Origin: Rhodosorus marinus CCMP1338
Taxonomy: Eukaryota > Plantae > Rhodophyta
Assembly: GCA_029953675.1 (NCBI GenBank)
Contig: JAMWBK010000004.1
Coordinates: forward strand, 1,240,001-1,304,000
Direction: 5' to 3'
Length of the DNA: 64,000 bases
In this document: positions 50,513-63,612 of the stretch, piece by piece
Numbering within the stretch: the first letter of the stretch is position 1
How the letters are laid out: every line of letters begins with the position of its first letter
Notes under the pieces: model-generated
The model's database searches: none
Told to the model about the DNA's origin: nothing
What the model saw: the letters and a program-made list of their open reading frames with translations, nothing else
Position numbers and translations under genes: made by a program

Positions 50513-52271
50513 GTCGACACCCAAGCAGCAACAAACCAGATACAAACTCGAGTTCAAGATACCAGCCACCTCCAGCTCCAAAGTCTAAAACAACGCTCAA
50601 ACAACCGCGCTCGGCCCCTCCAACCGTTTCACACCAACCCAAACAAGCCGTGAATTGCCGACAAAACCCTCAACCAAATAGCCCCACCTTCTGCTCTTCC
50701 TTCACAGCAAGCGCGGCACTCCCACCAAAAAAAAAAGAACACCACAAAAACAAATCCTCAAAACCTAGCCAACACCCGGCACACAAACAAATTACCAATA
50801 AGCAAACCACATTCCAGCCTCGTCCTTCCCCCCACCATCCTCACTATCATTCCCCCCCCAATTGCACATCAACAAGTACACACAGTCCTTCTTCACATCC
50901 ACAGGCTTCCCCTCTCCTCCTTTCCCCCTATCCCCATTCTACACTCTCACAAAAAAAAAACCTCAACAAACATATGGGAACGCCTCAATCCAAACAATTT
51001 ACTCAATATCTTTCCCCCCCCTCTTCCACGCCCCCTTTTCTTCGCTTCGCTAAGCAAAAAAAGTTCTTAGGAAATTGATGGAGCGCCTGAATGACAACTT
51101 CTTCTAATGGTCTCTTTTCAATTCAACCTTCAATACTAAGTCAATATAGAATTTTGGTTTAAAAAACGAAAATCCATCCTCTATTGGATGAATTCAACCA
51201 ATAAAAACAGTTTATGGTTCACTGTCTGGTTTGGCGTTGAACAAAAAATAATAATTTTCATTGCCCTCATCTTTTTGTTTTCTGCAAATGAGCTTTGGAA
51301 AAATTGTTTTATTTTTAAAAAAGGGCTTCTCCGTGTAAATATAAGTTTAATTGGATAGGACTACAGTAGTGGTTGTTTATTATTGGTTAGAATTGCGATC
51401 TAAAATTTTGGTCGTGGGCTATTTCGTCTCGATGTGTATTTTTAATCATCGATATCTTTTGATGGGTTTACATCATTCCACCGGATCTTTAGAGGATGGT
51501 GAGTTCCATTGAACCATTTCTGGCAACCAAAGAAAAAGATTGGATAGTACTATTCAGTTTTCTGCAAATGAGAATATAGAATGAGGATATTTTTGATACT
51601 TTTTTGTGAGTTCTTTTTTCAATTTGCTTATCACGAAGGGCAGGGGTTGTCATGTCTTGGAACACGAGGGAGGGACGGGGGGGTTTTAGGGGTTAAGCTC
51701 CTCATGAGGAGCCCAACGATTCCTTAAGGCATGGCCACAAAATGAAGCAGACAAGTGAGACAGGGTTTCCTTCGCTATATTCACAAGCGGCAAGCCAGGT
51801 TTAGCTTTGAAATAGGTTCTTTTTATGGTCTCCAGGCTGTGTATAGGCTATATCCCCTTTTCTTCTTGGGCGGGAAACAACCTGTACTATGCATTCTGGA
51901 GCTGCTGGTCGGCTGCCCGTCTTCGCACGCTTTCAGCAGCAAGAACGCATCAGCGTGAGAAAATATTGTATTATCAGAATCCGCAACATTCTCTCGCCAG
52001 TAGTGTAGGTGCAATAGCTGCAAAAGGTGTCATTTGCCCTTACTGGGTTTCGCATCCCCTCGGGGTAAAGCGAGGCCATACTACTCATCGGCAATGACCA
52101 CCCCAAACACCAGCAGGACTGGTTCCAGCACCCGATGATGGAGGACCAGCCCCCTGTCGTTATACGTGCTTCAGGGTGCTCATGACAGACCAACATTCCA
52201 TTGCGAGATCCGCACCGCGGGGTTTATGCAGCTAATGGGTGGGTAGCTTTTCAAGCCAAAAGCAGCCCGGT

Positions 52272-54413
52272 TCATCGGATTACAATACCCTTCTCCTTCG
52301 CCTGGGCCTGGAACTTCTCGGCCAAGTCATACTTCTTGAGACGCCTTAAGCCACTGACAAGCGCAGTATATGATACCTCGTTAAGTATTATTCCGTCCTT
52401 CTCCGACTGCGCGGCACAGCGCAGCGCAGATTCGTCGGATCCACATCGAATCCACGCTGTTATAAGCCCATTCGACATCTTCAGGTCCATTAGGGAACTC
52501 TCCGTCGTAAGCACTTCCGCCTTTGCTAGCATTTCGGGATTTGATTCAGCTCCGCAGCCCATTATCAACAACTGCAGAGCTCTCCTCCGAATTCCCATGT
52601 TTGCACCGCGCATGCTATCGTACAACGCCAGCGCTTGGTCAAGACTGCCCCGCGCTGTGTACAACTTCATCAGGGAAAGACGGACCAGATTGTTCTCCTG
52701 GATTTCAGGTGGGGCTGTGCTGTATGTATGCTCTGCCAATTCTAACTCGTCCTCTTCAGTGTAGAACTTGACCAGAAAACTGACTGTCCGAGCATTTACC
52801 TCCAGACCGTTCGCATGCATGGTGTTCAGGGTGTTCTGCACACCGTTTTTGTCTCTGCGTTCAGCGTACATCTTCATCAGATTATTAAATAAGGCCACAT
52901 CTGGCTCGGATCCATTCCGCTTAAGCTCTTCCACGACCTCAGATGCTGCGGACAGATCACCTGTGGTACCGAGCATGGTCATCTTGAGCGTATACGACAC
53001 AATGTTTGGTCTTGTTTTGGTGCTCTTAAAATAGCCATAATATCTATTAAAGCGATCTGAATCCGCAGCAGCAATGCAGGATCGAAGAATGGCGTTAACT
53101 GTTGCGACAGGGGGCTTAATTCCCAACCGCAACATTTCGTCCCATCCCGCTTCAGCCAGGGCCATCCAGCGGCCAGCCTCCGCGCAGGCATTGAACAAGA
53201 TACTGAAGTCTCGGGCCTCTGGTTTAATTCCTCGTACTTTCATCGTCCTGAAGCATTTTCGAACTCCTTTTATATCACCAACAGACGCGTACACGCTCAT
53301 CAGCGACCTCATCATTCCATGCGTGGGAACGAACACGGACCTGCACAGTTCCTCAAACAACCGCTCAGCTTCCTTTACATCGCCTTTCGCCTCGACCACC
53401 TCCATTAGAATAGAGGCAACGGCATCGTTCACGGGAAGCCGGTACTTTTCAAGCAGTTCGTAGTAGTCCCGAACCTGGAAAGAAGCCGGGGACAGTTCAC
53501 GACGTTCGATTAGTCACCAGTCCGTAAGCGCGGCCGGGCTTTTGTATGCCCGGTCGCGTTCTCGCATTTCCTCCAGCTGCTGAACACTTACCCTCAGGTA
53601 ATCTTGAGCCTTCAAATACATGCTCATCATGGTGGCGATCACAACCACGTCCGGCTGGATCTGTTTGGCCAGCATACGTTTTAGGACGTCCTCTGCTTTT
53701 TCCACTTGCCCAGCCCTCCCAAGCGCGTGAAGTAGTACCGTATATGCGACACGATCGGGAACTGGTCCTTTGTCTTCCATTTCGGAGAAAATTCTAGAGA
53801 CGGTTTTACCATCACCTCGCTTGGCAAAAGCTCGCATGACAGAAGTCATTGTGACAACGTTCGGCTGGATTGATCTCTGCTTCATTTCCTCCAACACCCT
53901 GTCCACCTGATCATCGTTTCCAACAGACGCGTATGCGTTAAGAAGTATGGTGTACGAATACTCATTGGGCTCTAGTGCCGCGTTGGAGAATCCTTCCTTA
54001 AACAGTCTCTCGACCATTCTGACATCCCTCTTCTTCGCATAGCTGCTCATCACCGTGTTGAATGATATAGCGTTTGGATCGCAGTTCTTGTCCATAGTCT
54101 TCAAGATTTTTCGAGCCTTCTCAGGCGATTGGAGATTGCCAAAGAGGTGCAACACTCGGTTGTACGTAGCGACATCCGAAATTAGCAAGCTGCTGTACAT
54201 TTCTTCATACTTCCTGTTCGCCTGACGGAAGTTCTTAAAGCGCAAGTTCTCCTCTATTTCTGAGAGGAACTGGTCCCTCGCACCTCGGTAATCCTCCCTA
54301 AAGTCCCAGTCCTCAGTAGCTTTGACACGTGCATTGTACCGACATGTCCTTCTCAGGTCAGCGAAATTTGTCCCGCTAGCACCTCGGCCACCAAAAACAA
54401 ATGACAGCAGCAT
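52272..54413 (-). CDS. Pentatricopeptide repeat (PPR, P-type) protein, probably plastid-targeted; 2 exons
   Basis: Many 35-aa repeats (PNEYSYTILLNAYASVG, PNVVTMTSVMRAFAKRG, PDRVAYTVLLHALGRAG, PDVALFNNLMKMYAERR). ORFs 53514..54413 and 52272..53432 are joined by an intron (gtaagtg...cag). Confidence 0.93.
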
Positions 54414-55030
54414 GAAAATCCTGTACCAAACTTGCTACTATACAAAAAAGATTAATTCTCAATCATCAGAGACCAGGATTCTATCCACCCTCTCCCAGCC
54501 TCCTCACCCCGTGCCTGCCACACATTCACCAACACCACATTCGAGCCATTCTGGTGACACCAGATTCGAGCGAGCGCGAAGAAGAAGCGAAATCTCGTGC
54601 TTCCCTATTTATGTCCATATACTTCTTTTCTAGAAATACGGTCTAGATTATTAAGAATAATAGAAGATTTTAAGTTTACATGTCTGAGATAAAAGGGACA
54701 GTTCCAAATTTGGATGATCTGGAGTTCCACCTTGCTTTTTGCAATTTTCCCCCAGACCGACAAATGGCTCAGTATTGACCAGTGTCGGTCACAGATTCTA
54801 GTTTACTGAAGCTCGTGGTTGTGAGATTGTGATTGCGATACTCTTGATGTAAGCATAGAAGCAACTACTTTAGGATTGCATAGGAAAGACATCTGAAGAT
54901 GTTTCTCGCCGTTGTGCACGTATGTATGATCAGAAGCGCACCTCTCTCGCACTTTGTCGCGCAAGCGCTTGTCTGGGTTTCGGTCTAGTACGAGGTTTAA
55001 CTTTAACTGTAACGCTGAGTTACTCACGGG

Positions 55031-56006
55031 TTAGTCCAGGTATAAGAGAGTCACGACTTTTCCAAGAGACTTTGCTTCTCTGGCCGCTTCAAGTCTGCCA
55101 AAAGACAGAAACAAGAGAGAACGGACGGCGAAAATCTCATGTTAGTAAATCTATTCCACACTATATTCAAAACCGATCAAGCGGAGAGGCACGAGACCAC
55201 CAAGGGCTATACGTACATCACATCACTGTCGTGAAACGCGAAAGCAATAAAATGCGTGCAGTACGTCAGTATCTTCGAATTACAAAGTCTGGACGCAACG
55301 TCCAACGGGAGGTCGTCATTCTGGTTCATTTCTATGAGATTCTTAACCTTCATCAACTGCCAAGATTAAATCAGAAAGCACAGAAAGACTCAGTTAGGAA
55401 CCGGGCCGGGCTTCTGAGCGTGGGTTCCTCCGACTTCCACGTTTCACAGCAATGGTACTGCTGAGGAACCAGATACGTGAGAGTTTCACCAATAGACAAC
55501 AGAGCTTCGGCAAGGAAGGCTAAACCTTGAATCCTCACCTGATCCATTTGATCGTTGGCTTGCTTGCTGATGCTCTGGGGTAACACAACCGTTAAAAGGT
55601 CCGGTTTTTCGGCTCTAAACGCTCCGCGAACAACCGCGGCATTTGTACCGCCCGCTCCTGACGTGTATATTTCGTTGCCAATCAGGACATTGGCGTAAGT
55701 GAGGAGCTCGATGATTTGTTGGTGTAGATATGAGCAGTATCTTGTTCCAAGAATGGCCACTTTTCTCGGTCCGTCATCCTGAATTGCGGACAATTCTTGC
55801 AGAATCGTATCAAAATTCACCTCTTCCTTTTCTCCCGAGGCAACCCTAGGCGTCTTCAAAGTCTTATACTTTGTCATGAGCGGATCTTTCACCATTAACA
55901 AACGGCATCGTCCTTGATTGACCCCAAGCCTATCCCTCGTTCTCGTCTGTGCAGAGCCTATCCTAACACCAGACACAACGAACTGTCCAACGAAGCAAAG
56001 CCCCAT
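55031..56006 (-). CDS. Plastid-targeted SLOG/DprA-like ('DNA recombination-mediator protein A'-annotated cyanobacterial family) protein, multi-exon
   Basis: QELSAIQDDGPRKVAILGTR..LHQQIIELLTYA..GNEIYTSGAGGTNAAVVRGA..LLTVVLPQS, then NDDLPLDVASRLCNSKIL, FIAFAFHDS and KVVTLLYLD*. Confidence 0.85.
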
Positions 56007-58234
56007 CGTTTCCAACTCACCCACCCTCCCAAAAGGCTACAGGCGTGCACTCCTTCCGCAAAACCCCCGATGCGCGTCCCTACAAGATAAAAATCTCAAC
56101 TGCTCTCGATTCAATACATTTCTTGAAGCAGAAACCTCTTCCCTATAAAATCAACAACCTATAAAACAAAACGAAAGCAAAAGCTCAGAGAACACTGTGC
56201 ACGCATACCAACACACCCAACATCACCCGAAACCATTGAAATGACTGCGTAACCCCAAATGTTTCATGAACAATCCCAACAACCTCCAGATGAGCATCGA
56301 ATCTAAACATTCAGCGCCAATCTCCCCACTACGACCTAAACCCTGATCAATACCCAGATAAAGAATTTTTGCTCATAAGTAAGTAACCCATGCACAGAGC
56401 TGGGAACTAAAATACCAATTCTTTCGTCAATACAATATTCCGTGCTCTTTAATTTAGAATTTTCTAGAAAACCTCGTCGTGGACGCATGCGCATTTTTGA
56501 TACGATTCTGGATGCTCTTTTTGGGGGGTTTAAGTGTCCAAGGGTATGTGTAAGCCCGAGGCTGGTTGTGGTGTCGATCGAGGTGCTCGTTTGTGATTAC
56601 ATACCAAACTAGACCTGAGCCATGATTTTAGGCTGTAAACGTTGCTCTATCAAAGGTTTTGCATGTGGACTATGCTGTCTTTGAGTTCTTCCTGATCCGT
56701 TTGGATTCTTGATTGTGGCTTGGAACCGTGCCGACAGACATTCGGCTGGGCTTTACAGAATAAAATCGGGGACCTTGAAATGGAAGTCGCAGATCGAATC
56801 CACCAGAGTGCACTCTGTTCGAAGCTTGAAAATCGGAGGGGGCGACTTCCCTGACGTGCTTGACCAACCACTGCCGTTGGGAAAAAACAGAGAATCTCAC
56901 TTATAACCTCACGGCTTGCCAGGAATGAACCTGAACCGTGGGCCTTCTCGCTTAAGATATCCTGGGGGATGTTTCGACGCTTTGCGTGCTGAGACAGACT
57001 GGCGAAACTCTCAGGGGAACCCGGCTTTCCGGTACCTCTGGATTGCTACTAGCTCTGAGCAGGGTATGAACCTCTGGATGGTGCCTTGAGCCCGTTCTGA
57101 CGTGGCAATATTCTGACTTATTTGGGGCGTTCGCAAATCCATCATTGGCCTTTCGTACAACAACGCCCCCAAAAAAGCAGGTTCGGGCCCTCAATCGATC
57201 GGAAACAAAACGCATGCTTCTAGACAGTGTCTGACAAAAGACATCTATCCACTGGAATCCACTTCAACGCAGGCAGATGGATGAGCTAATAGCCGTTTCA
57301 CCCTCCTTACCGACTGAGATCCTCACAGAAAGTTTCAGGTTTGTCGTGTTTAGGAAAGCTCATCCAAGGCGGAATCCCATTCTACCCCTCCTCCACCGAG
57401 CCAGAATCGCGGTTGTACTTTCGTACTACTGTACTAGATTACTGCAAAGTTTCTAAATTCTTCAGTGAAATGAGGCTAGCACTTTGCAACTGTTCCAAGC
57501 AAATCCCGCCTAAAACGTGTTCCCCCCCTATCCATCGCTTGGGCCTTCTCAGGCGTGCACCATTTAATGGACATATTCCTCTTTTTATTTCTAAAATACT
57601 CAGTTGTCGAGCAAAGAGGAGGTCCTGGATACGGGGTAATCCAAATAATCCATTTCGATCAGGGACAACTTTGGACCCCCCTCCTGGTTAGTTTTTTAGA
57701 AGTTCGAAAGATTGGTCTCATTCGTCTCAAAACGAGGCACAATAGAATATATACGATAGGCCGCGCGATAGTCCTCGTCAAGAACTTATTCCACACTTGC
57801 TAGCCTCCAGCAGAAGTTCCATTCCGGGAAGTTCATGTTTATAATAATATATTGCATTTATCTTGGTCATAGAGGAAATTGAGAAGGGGTTGGATTTCCA
57901 ATTATCAGATAAGCTGGCGGTTTGTATCGTTTAATACGGGATTTCACGGAAAAGACATTAAGTTTGTTTTTTGACCGGTTCTTTAGCTAAGCGTTTGGAT
58001 GGGGGAGTAGCGAGTACTAGGGGCGAAGGAGCTTTGACTATTCTTTCCAACTTGGAGCTTGGAGCCATCCGGCTTTTGAGAAAGTGGAATCGACGTTAAA
58101 GAAGATAATGCTAATGAGGTATCGAGCGGTTTGTGTATGTTTGTTAATGCACTAGGATGGGTTGACAGGGGAGCATGAACAGCCATCTGTTCGTGCTGTC
58201 TTGATGCTTCTCTCCTGGCCGGAGCGAAGATACC

Positions 58235-61200
58235 ATGGAACCGTTCCTAGGAGAACTCGATGAGGAGAAATTTGAGTCGTTCAGGGTCACCCCGCAGAAT
58301 GGTTTCCCATACGCTCAAGGTGATCAAAGCCAGTCAGGGGGGATAGGCCGCGGCCGAAGCGTTGCACAGGTGCGGGATTCATTTACCTGCTCCTTTTTTT
58401 TGTGGTCACACTTACCACGCGGATGGGTTTTACACTTGCCGCTGGGCAGGTATTGACACTGTTAGCAAAATGCAAGGCAAATTTCTGAAAGCCGCTTTTT
58501 TCCGTGAAAAACGAAACTAGGCAGAGACAAACCCCACGCCTAATGCTGGAGCCGCAGGTGAACTGGTTGAACAATGGGCTGCTAGAGATAGGCCCGCGGG
58601 TATAGAACGAGAGGCTCTTTTAGTTCCTCAAGGTTAGCTTTTTGCTTAGTTGGAGAAGGAGAATTTCTCTAAGAATTACTCAATCAGAAAAGGCGTGCGG
58701 CAATGGAACGCGACGCAACTGTAAAAATGAGACTCATATTGTTGCGTGTATTTTTTATGTTTTTTTTTCTTCTAGTTCATGTACAAACTGTTCAGCGTTC
58801 TCTGGGAATAATCGAAAATCCGTCTAGCACTGCAGGCAGTGGGTCCCTGCTCTATGCTGACGGAACAGCTGCAAGCAACTTGAGAGCAAAGAACGAGCTT
58901 GATGCTGTCCTTGGAGACGCTGCCTCGAGTCCAGGTGGTTCACTTGTGAAAACGGATCCAAAGCGTTCTAGCCTGACGAGGAGAAGATCTAGGAAGAGTC
59001 CAAAGTCAGGTGAGATTCATCCGCTAATTCGAGAGGAGACTGTCCCCACTCTAATGCCAGCGCGGTTTTAGGTACTGCAAACAACACTGGAGCGGAGGAG
59101 CTTCTTGGTGTCTTGAATCAGTCTGGCCTTGCCTTGGGTCGTAACGCTGAGAATACAGGCCTTTCAGTTGGAAACGATCTAGAGGCATCCATGGACTTGC
59201 TTAACTGTCGAACACCGAAACCGTCTCTGGAGGGGGCTATGCAGCAAACACCGATGCGAGGCCAAAGCCCGTCCGCTAAGAATCGACGCGTGGATCCAGG
59301 ACAATGGCAAAGACCCGATCAAGTTCTGAATCAGCTTCTTGATCAGGCTCCTCCAGTTAACCGAGCAGGCACTGGCCAACAAGGGAATGGGAAAAGTATT
59401 GGGTGGCCTCCTCGGTTGGAACCGCCGAACCAGCCAATTGAAGCCGTAAAGATGAGGGCACAACCGGATGATACCAGCCAGTTGGACATGGAAAGCATGG
59501 AGAGCCTTTTAGAGGTAATGGCTGTGGAACGTTCTCCTTTCCTGCCCCTTGCGACTTGACTCATTGTGAAACCCGTTATGTCGAACCAGGAAACCGCTAG
59601 GATGCAGGAACTTGGAACCCGAGAAGCCGGGAAAGGGGGTTTGAACAGAAGCCCAGAGAGGAAACAATCAGGTATGAATATCCAGTCCCCTCCGCCTCGT
59701 GGGCTCGACGCCGGTCATTGGCCCTGGTTGCGATGAATTTCAATCTTGCTGATGCAGAGCTGCCTCAAACAGTTTCGTCAGGAGAGCCGGATCCTGCAAT
59801 GGAAATTCTGGAAAGCATACTTGGTAACCGTGACCAACAGAAGCCTACCTCATTGGAGCCGAGACTGCAGGGGAAAGGCAGAGGTTCAAACGAGCAGCAA
59901 TTGGAGCAACTTCTCAGGCAGACTGCTGTCGATCCGCACGGAATGAACGGAGAACTGACTGCGGACTCGGGGACACTGGGCACAAACCTACAGCCCACCC
60001 CGAATGTACCATTTAAAGACGAAGGGAAGCTCGTCATGGGATCGAAGATTGTGCCCCAAGAACTACGCAGCAACGAAGACATACTTAAGCAGTTGCTAGG
60101 GACCAATGCACCCTCAAACTCTCCGAAAACAGAGGAGGTGAATCCGGTAGGTCGTTTATTTCCCCTCTGCTGTCCAATCTTAGCGGATACCTGTCTTGGT
60201 TCAAGCCGTTCTGAGATCTAATGTACCCTTTCGCACTCTCGAAATCCTTGAAGTCGGCCCAGTCAGCCAATAGGAGCGAACTGGAAAGGAGTCTGATCAG
60301 TTCCCTCGAGTCGTACGCATCGAAGCATCGAGTTCTGGGTGGCAGGAATTCAGGTACAAACCCGGAGCTCGGAAGCAATCAAGCTTATTCCGGTGCGGGG
60401 ATGTCAATGGAAACTGGATTGAAAAATTCTGGAAACCACGGAAAGCAGACTATCGATCATCGCAGAGTGGGAGAGTTATCACAACTGTACGGACAGTCCA
60501 GTGTCGAGGTCCTCCATGGTGAAGACGATGGTGTATGGGAGACTGTTCGGCGGGAGACGAAGTTTGTTACCGAGAGAGTGCCCTGGTTCTCCCAGCGAAT
60601 AATTCATATTCTTTCAGGGGTTTCTCAGTCAGTCATATCGAACTGGATCAGAAAGCAGGGGCCGGCCCATAGCGAAAAAATGAGAACTGTGTGTCAGGTC
60701 ATGAAAAGGATTTTGCCTTTCCTGTCATCCGCCAGCAACTATGAGAGCATGGAAGATTTCGAGAAAGGTGAAAACGTAGACCTGGGGGCAATTGTTCGAG
60801 GGGAAGGGTTCGAATCGGGAAGGGACCTCCAGAGTAGACCTTTTCCGAAACACAATCGGCCCAGCCCTAGGCCGGAGGCGGCAGAATTCGGCATGGCTGC
60901 AAAGGTGTTCCCAGCGGATTCTAAAAGCAACTCTGTGAACGCCAGTTTGTCGCTAGGTGACGTTCGCAGAGGCCCAGCGGGATTTCAGTCAAGTGTTCGG
61001 AGTCATGGTTAGCTGACAAGCGGTCTTGATATAGACTAGCTAGTGCAACTGACAATATTTTGTTCGAATTGTTACAGGTTCTGGAGAGCCAAGTATGAAC
61101 TCCGCTAAGAAAGGAGTGACAGACCTCAAGGGTAGTCGGACGAGCCCTGTTCCACCTGTGCTCGCAGTAGAACGAGCGTTTGTGGATTTTGTGCAGCCAC

Positions 61201-63078
61201 TCTGGGGGAGTTCTGCATCGTACAGTGAACCTCTCTACTGTCCAATGGAGCTCGAGTTTCCGGATGAAAGTGGCCAAATCTTATGCCGCAGTGTCGTTTT
61301 GAACCTCTTACAACTCAACGACCCCGTTGAGATCGCTCAACAAATCAAGAACCAGATGAACTTGCCGAAGGAAGCGGTCGCACTCATTCAGAATCAAATA
61401 CGGGGCAAGCTTGCCTCACTGGGAGTGTCGTACCTAGAGCGCATTCAGAGCGGAGAGAATGGAGTTAAAAACAAGTTCTCAGATAATATCTGCCGGGTCC
61501 GAATCAAAGTTGAGGTATGTTTGTACTGCCTTTTCGCGTTTGTGAACTAGTTACATCGAGACTGAACCCTCCCTGGACAATGTCCCCTTAGGTCGACGAT
61601 TCTCGTGGTGGGAAGTCGATCCTAAGCGATCGGTTTGACTGGGATATTTCAAACCCGATGAATAGACCAGAGGATTTTGCACAGCATATGTGTGCAGACT
61701 TGTCTCTTAGCTACAGTAATGTTCCCCGAATAGCGAATGCAATTCGGAAGGAGCTCATTCGCCTGGAGCTTTCTTCGGAGAGACTCGACCCAAGGCAAAG
61801 CGGAGTTCGGAAGCTTAGCAATCGAGACAAGTCTGAGATTCTTCAAGACGTCACAGACTTCGCGAAAGAGTTGCTGAATGGTGTTCTTGACCATGCCAAC
61901 GAACGCTACTTATTCGAGCTCAGTATGAAAACTCAGGAGCACGCGCGTGCGTTACCGTCAGAAGAACTCGACTTATTGAAGCGGTGGCAGACGCAACGAA
62001 CTAGAGGTACGCTCGAGCTTCTTTTGCGATCGAAGGTCCCCTCTGCACTCGATAAGTTTGTCGAGCGCTGATGCTCGGAATTGTGTGCAAATTTTGTAGG
62101 CAAACGGCGGCTCCTTGGGAAGGGGAGAAAGCCTTCCAAGTTTGTACCAAAATTCACTCCGAGAAAAGCCCTGATTGCTGCGGGTAAGAACGCTCATTGG
62201 CACAAAGTTACTTGACCGCTTGAGCTGAGCTTTCTACTGACTATGTGGGCTTACAAATTCAACGGTCCTAGATCCCAAGAAGTCTTCAGAGAGTGGTAAG
62301 AAGTCCGCTAGCGCCGCAAACGTTGGAGCGGGCAAAGGTAAGGGTTTCGTAGTCACTTTGATGGGATAGAATTTGCTGCTTCGCATGCAATCTCCCCAAT
62401 CCCGTTGCAGTTTCACCCGAAGTGAACGAGCTTACGGCTGATGATGGACCTGCTTCTAATGCTTTGTTTTCTTCACAAGCAGCTTCTGTTGGAGTCGCAA
62501 GCGCTGCCCCCGGGGCACCACCTGTCAAGAAGCGAAAGAGGGGTCGGCCTCGCAAGCACCCACTACCGGAACAAGCGCTGGGAGCAGTTCAGGGACTGAA
62601 TAGCAACGTTCCAACCGGCCACCTGCCATTGTTTCCCACACCGACAGCTGCAGTTGCCTCTGCAGATGGTGGTAAAAGAAAAACAATGCCTGATCCAAAA
62701 GCGCCCGCCGTTAATTCGGCCGGCGGAGTAGGAGCCTCGAGGGATATCTCTGACATCAGCGGCTTGCAACCAAAGCCATTGAACACCGATCAGGAAGCAG
62801 GTGAAAGAAACGAGTCGGCTAGACCAGAGCTGACAGAAATCGGAAGTAGTTCTCTCGTTGAGGACGGATCTGAGAAAACCATAGGCAGTCCTCTCGATTC
62901 CGGTGGGCTTCGGGAAGCAAATGGCACGACATCAGCCAGACCAGATGTGGATTTAGGATTTACGAACGAAACTGCTGAACCTGCAGATTTGATGCCCGTC
63001 ATCGAACCCGGAGAATCCAAATTGCAAGATGAGCGAGAGTACAACGTGGCGATGGAAGCGTCTGCTGAAGACAACTAA
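58235..63078 (+). CDS. Large SNF5/SMARCB1-domain protein with putative HTH and C-terminal AT-hook, multi-exon (5' exon structure uncertain)
   Basis: SNF5 repeat ILSDRFDWDISNPMNRPEDFAQHMCADLSLS..VPRIANAIRKEL preceded by a Rpt1-like segment; AT-hook KRKRGRPRKH at about 62530; chained plus-strand ORFs from 58235 to 63078 linked by GT-AG introns. Confidence 0.8.
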
Positions 63079-63468
63079 CCTGCTAAACCTCGGAGAAACT
63101 GTTTTTGTACAGATACCTTATTTGATTTTTGGCGAAACTTATGCAAATAGTTGCTTTTACGTCTTCAAGTAATAATATGAACATCGTTTTCGCCCGTCGC
63201 CACGACCTCACGCTCCTTGATCTCTGCAGGAAACTACTGCTTCCACTTCTCCGAACCTTCGCCGTGGCTTGTTAAGTGACCGCCACCCTTGGAGGAAGAC
63301 GGCTAGGCAATGGAGTGGCGAACTCCCGCTTTGCCAGGTATCCCACGAAAAGTAGTAAAAAAGCGTAAAAAGTATAACGGACGGTGCAACGAAGATTAGG
63401 TCGCCCACTCCAAGGCGGCACTCGCACATGGAGAAGGGTACCACATAAAAAGATACCGATACCGGCGC

Positions 63469-63612
63469 AAAAAAGTGAGGAAAAGTGTGAAAAAATGTAG
63501 AAAGAATGTAAAAAGTGTGAAAAGTGAAAAAAGAGTGAAAAGTGCAAAGAGTGCGAAAAAGTGCGAAAAAAATGTAAAACGGTTACAAAGTGTAGAAAGT
63601 GTAAATAGTGGA
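63469..63612. repeat. Degenerate ~9-bp tandem array (AAAAGTGYR-like)
   Basis: aaaagtgagg aaaagtgtga ... aaaagtgtgaaaagtgaaaaaagagtgaaaagtgcaaagagtgcgaaaaagtgcg, read directly from the sequence. Confidence 0.8.

Noticed and set aside
51100-51650. Short inverted match (ccatcctcta / tagaggatgg) and repeated ttttctgcaaatgag in an AT-rich block
   Set aside because: Too short, and it does not extend into terminal inverted repeats or a TSD.
52272-54413. Two separate PPR genes
   Set aside because: An intron joins the two ORFs, and the downstream ORF has no ATG start of its own.
56600-57800. Possible decayed TE or orphan ORFs
   Set aside because: No transposase, RT or integrase motif was recognised.
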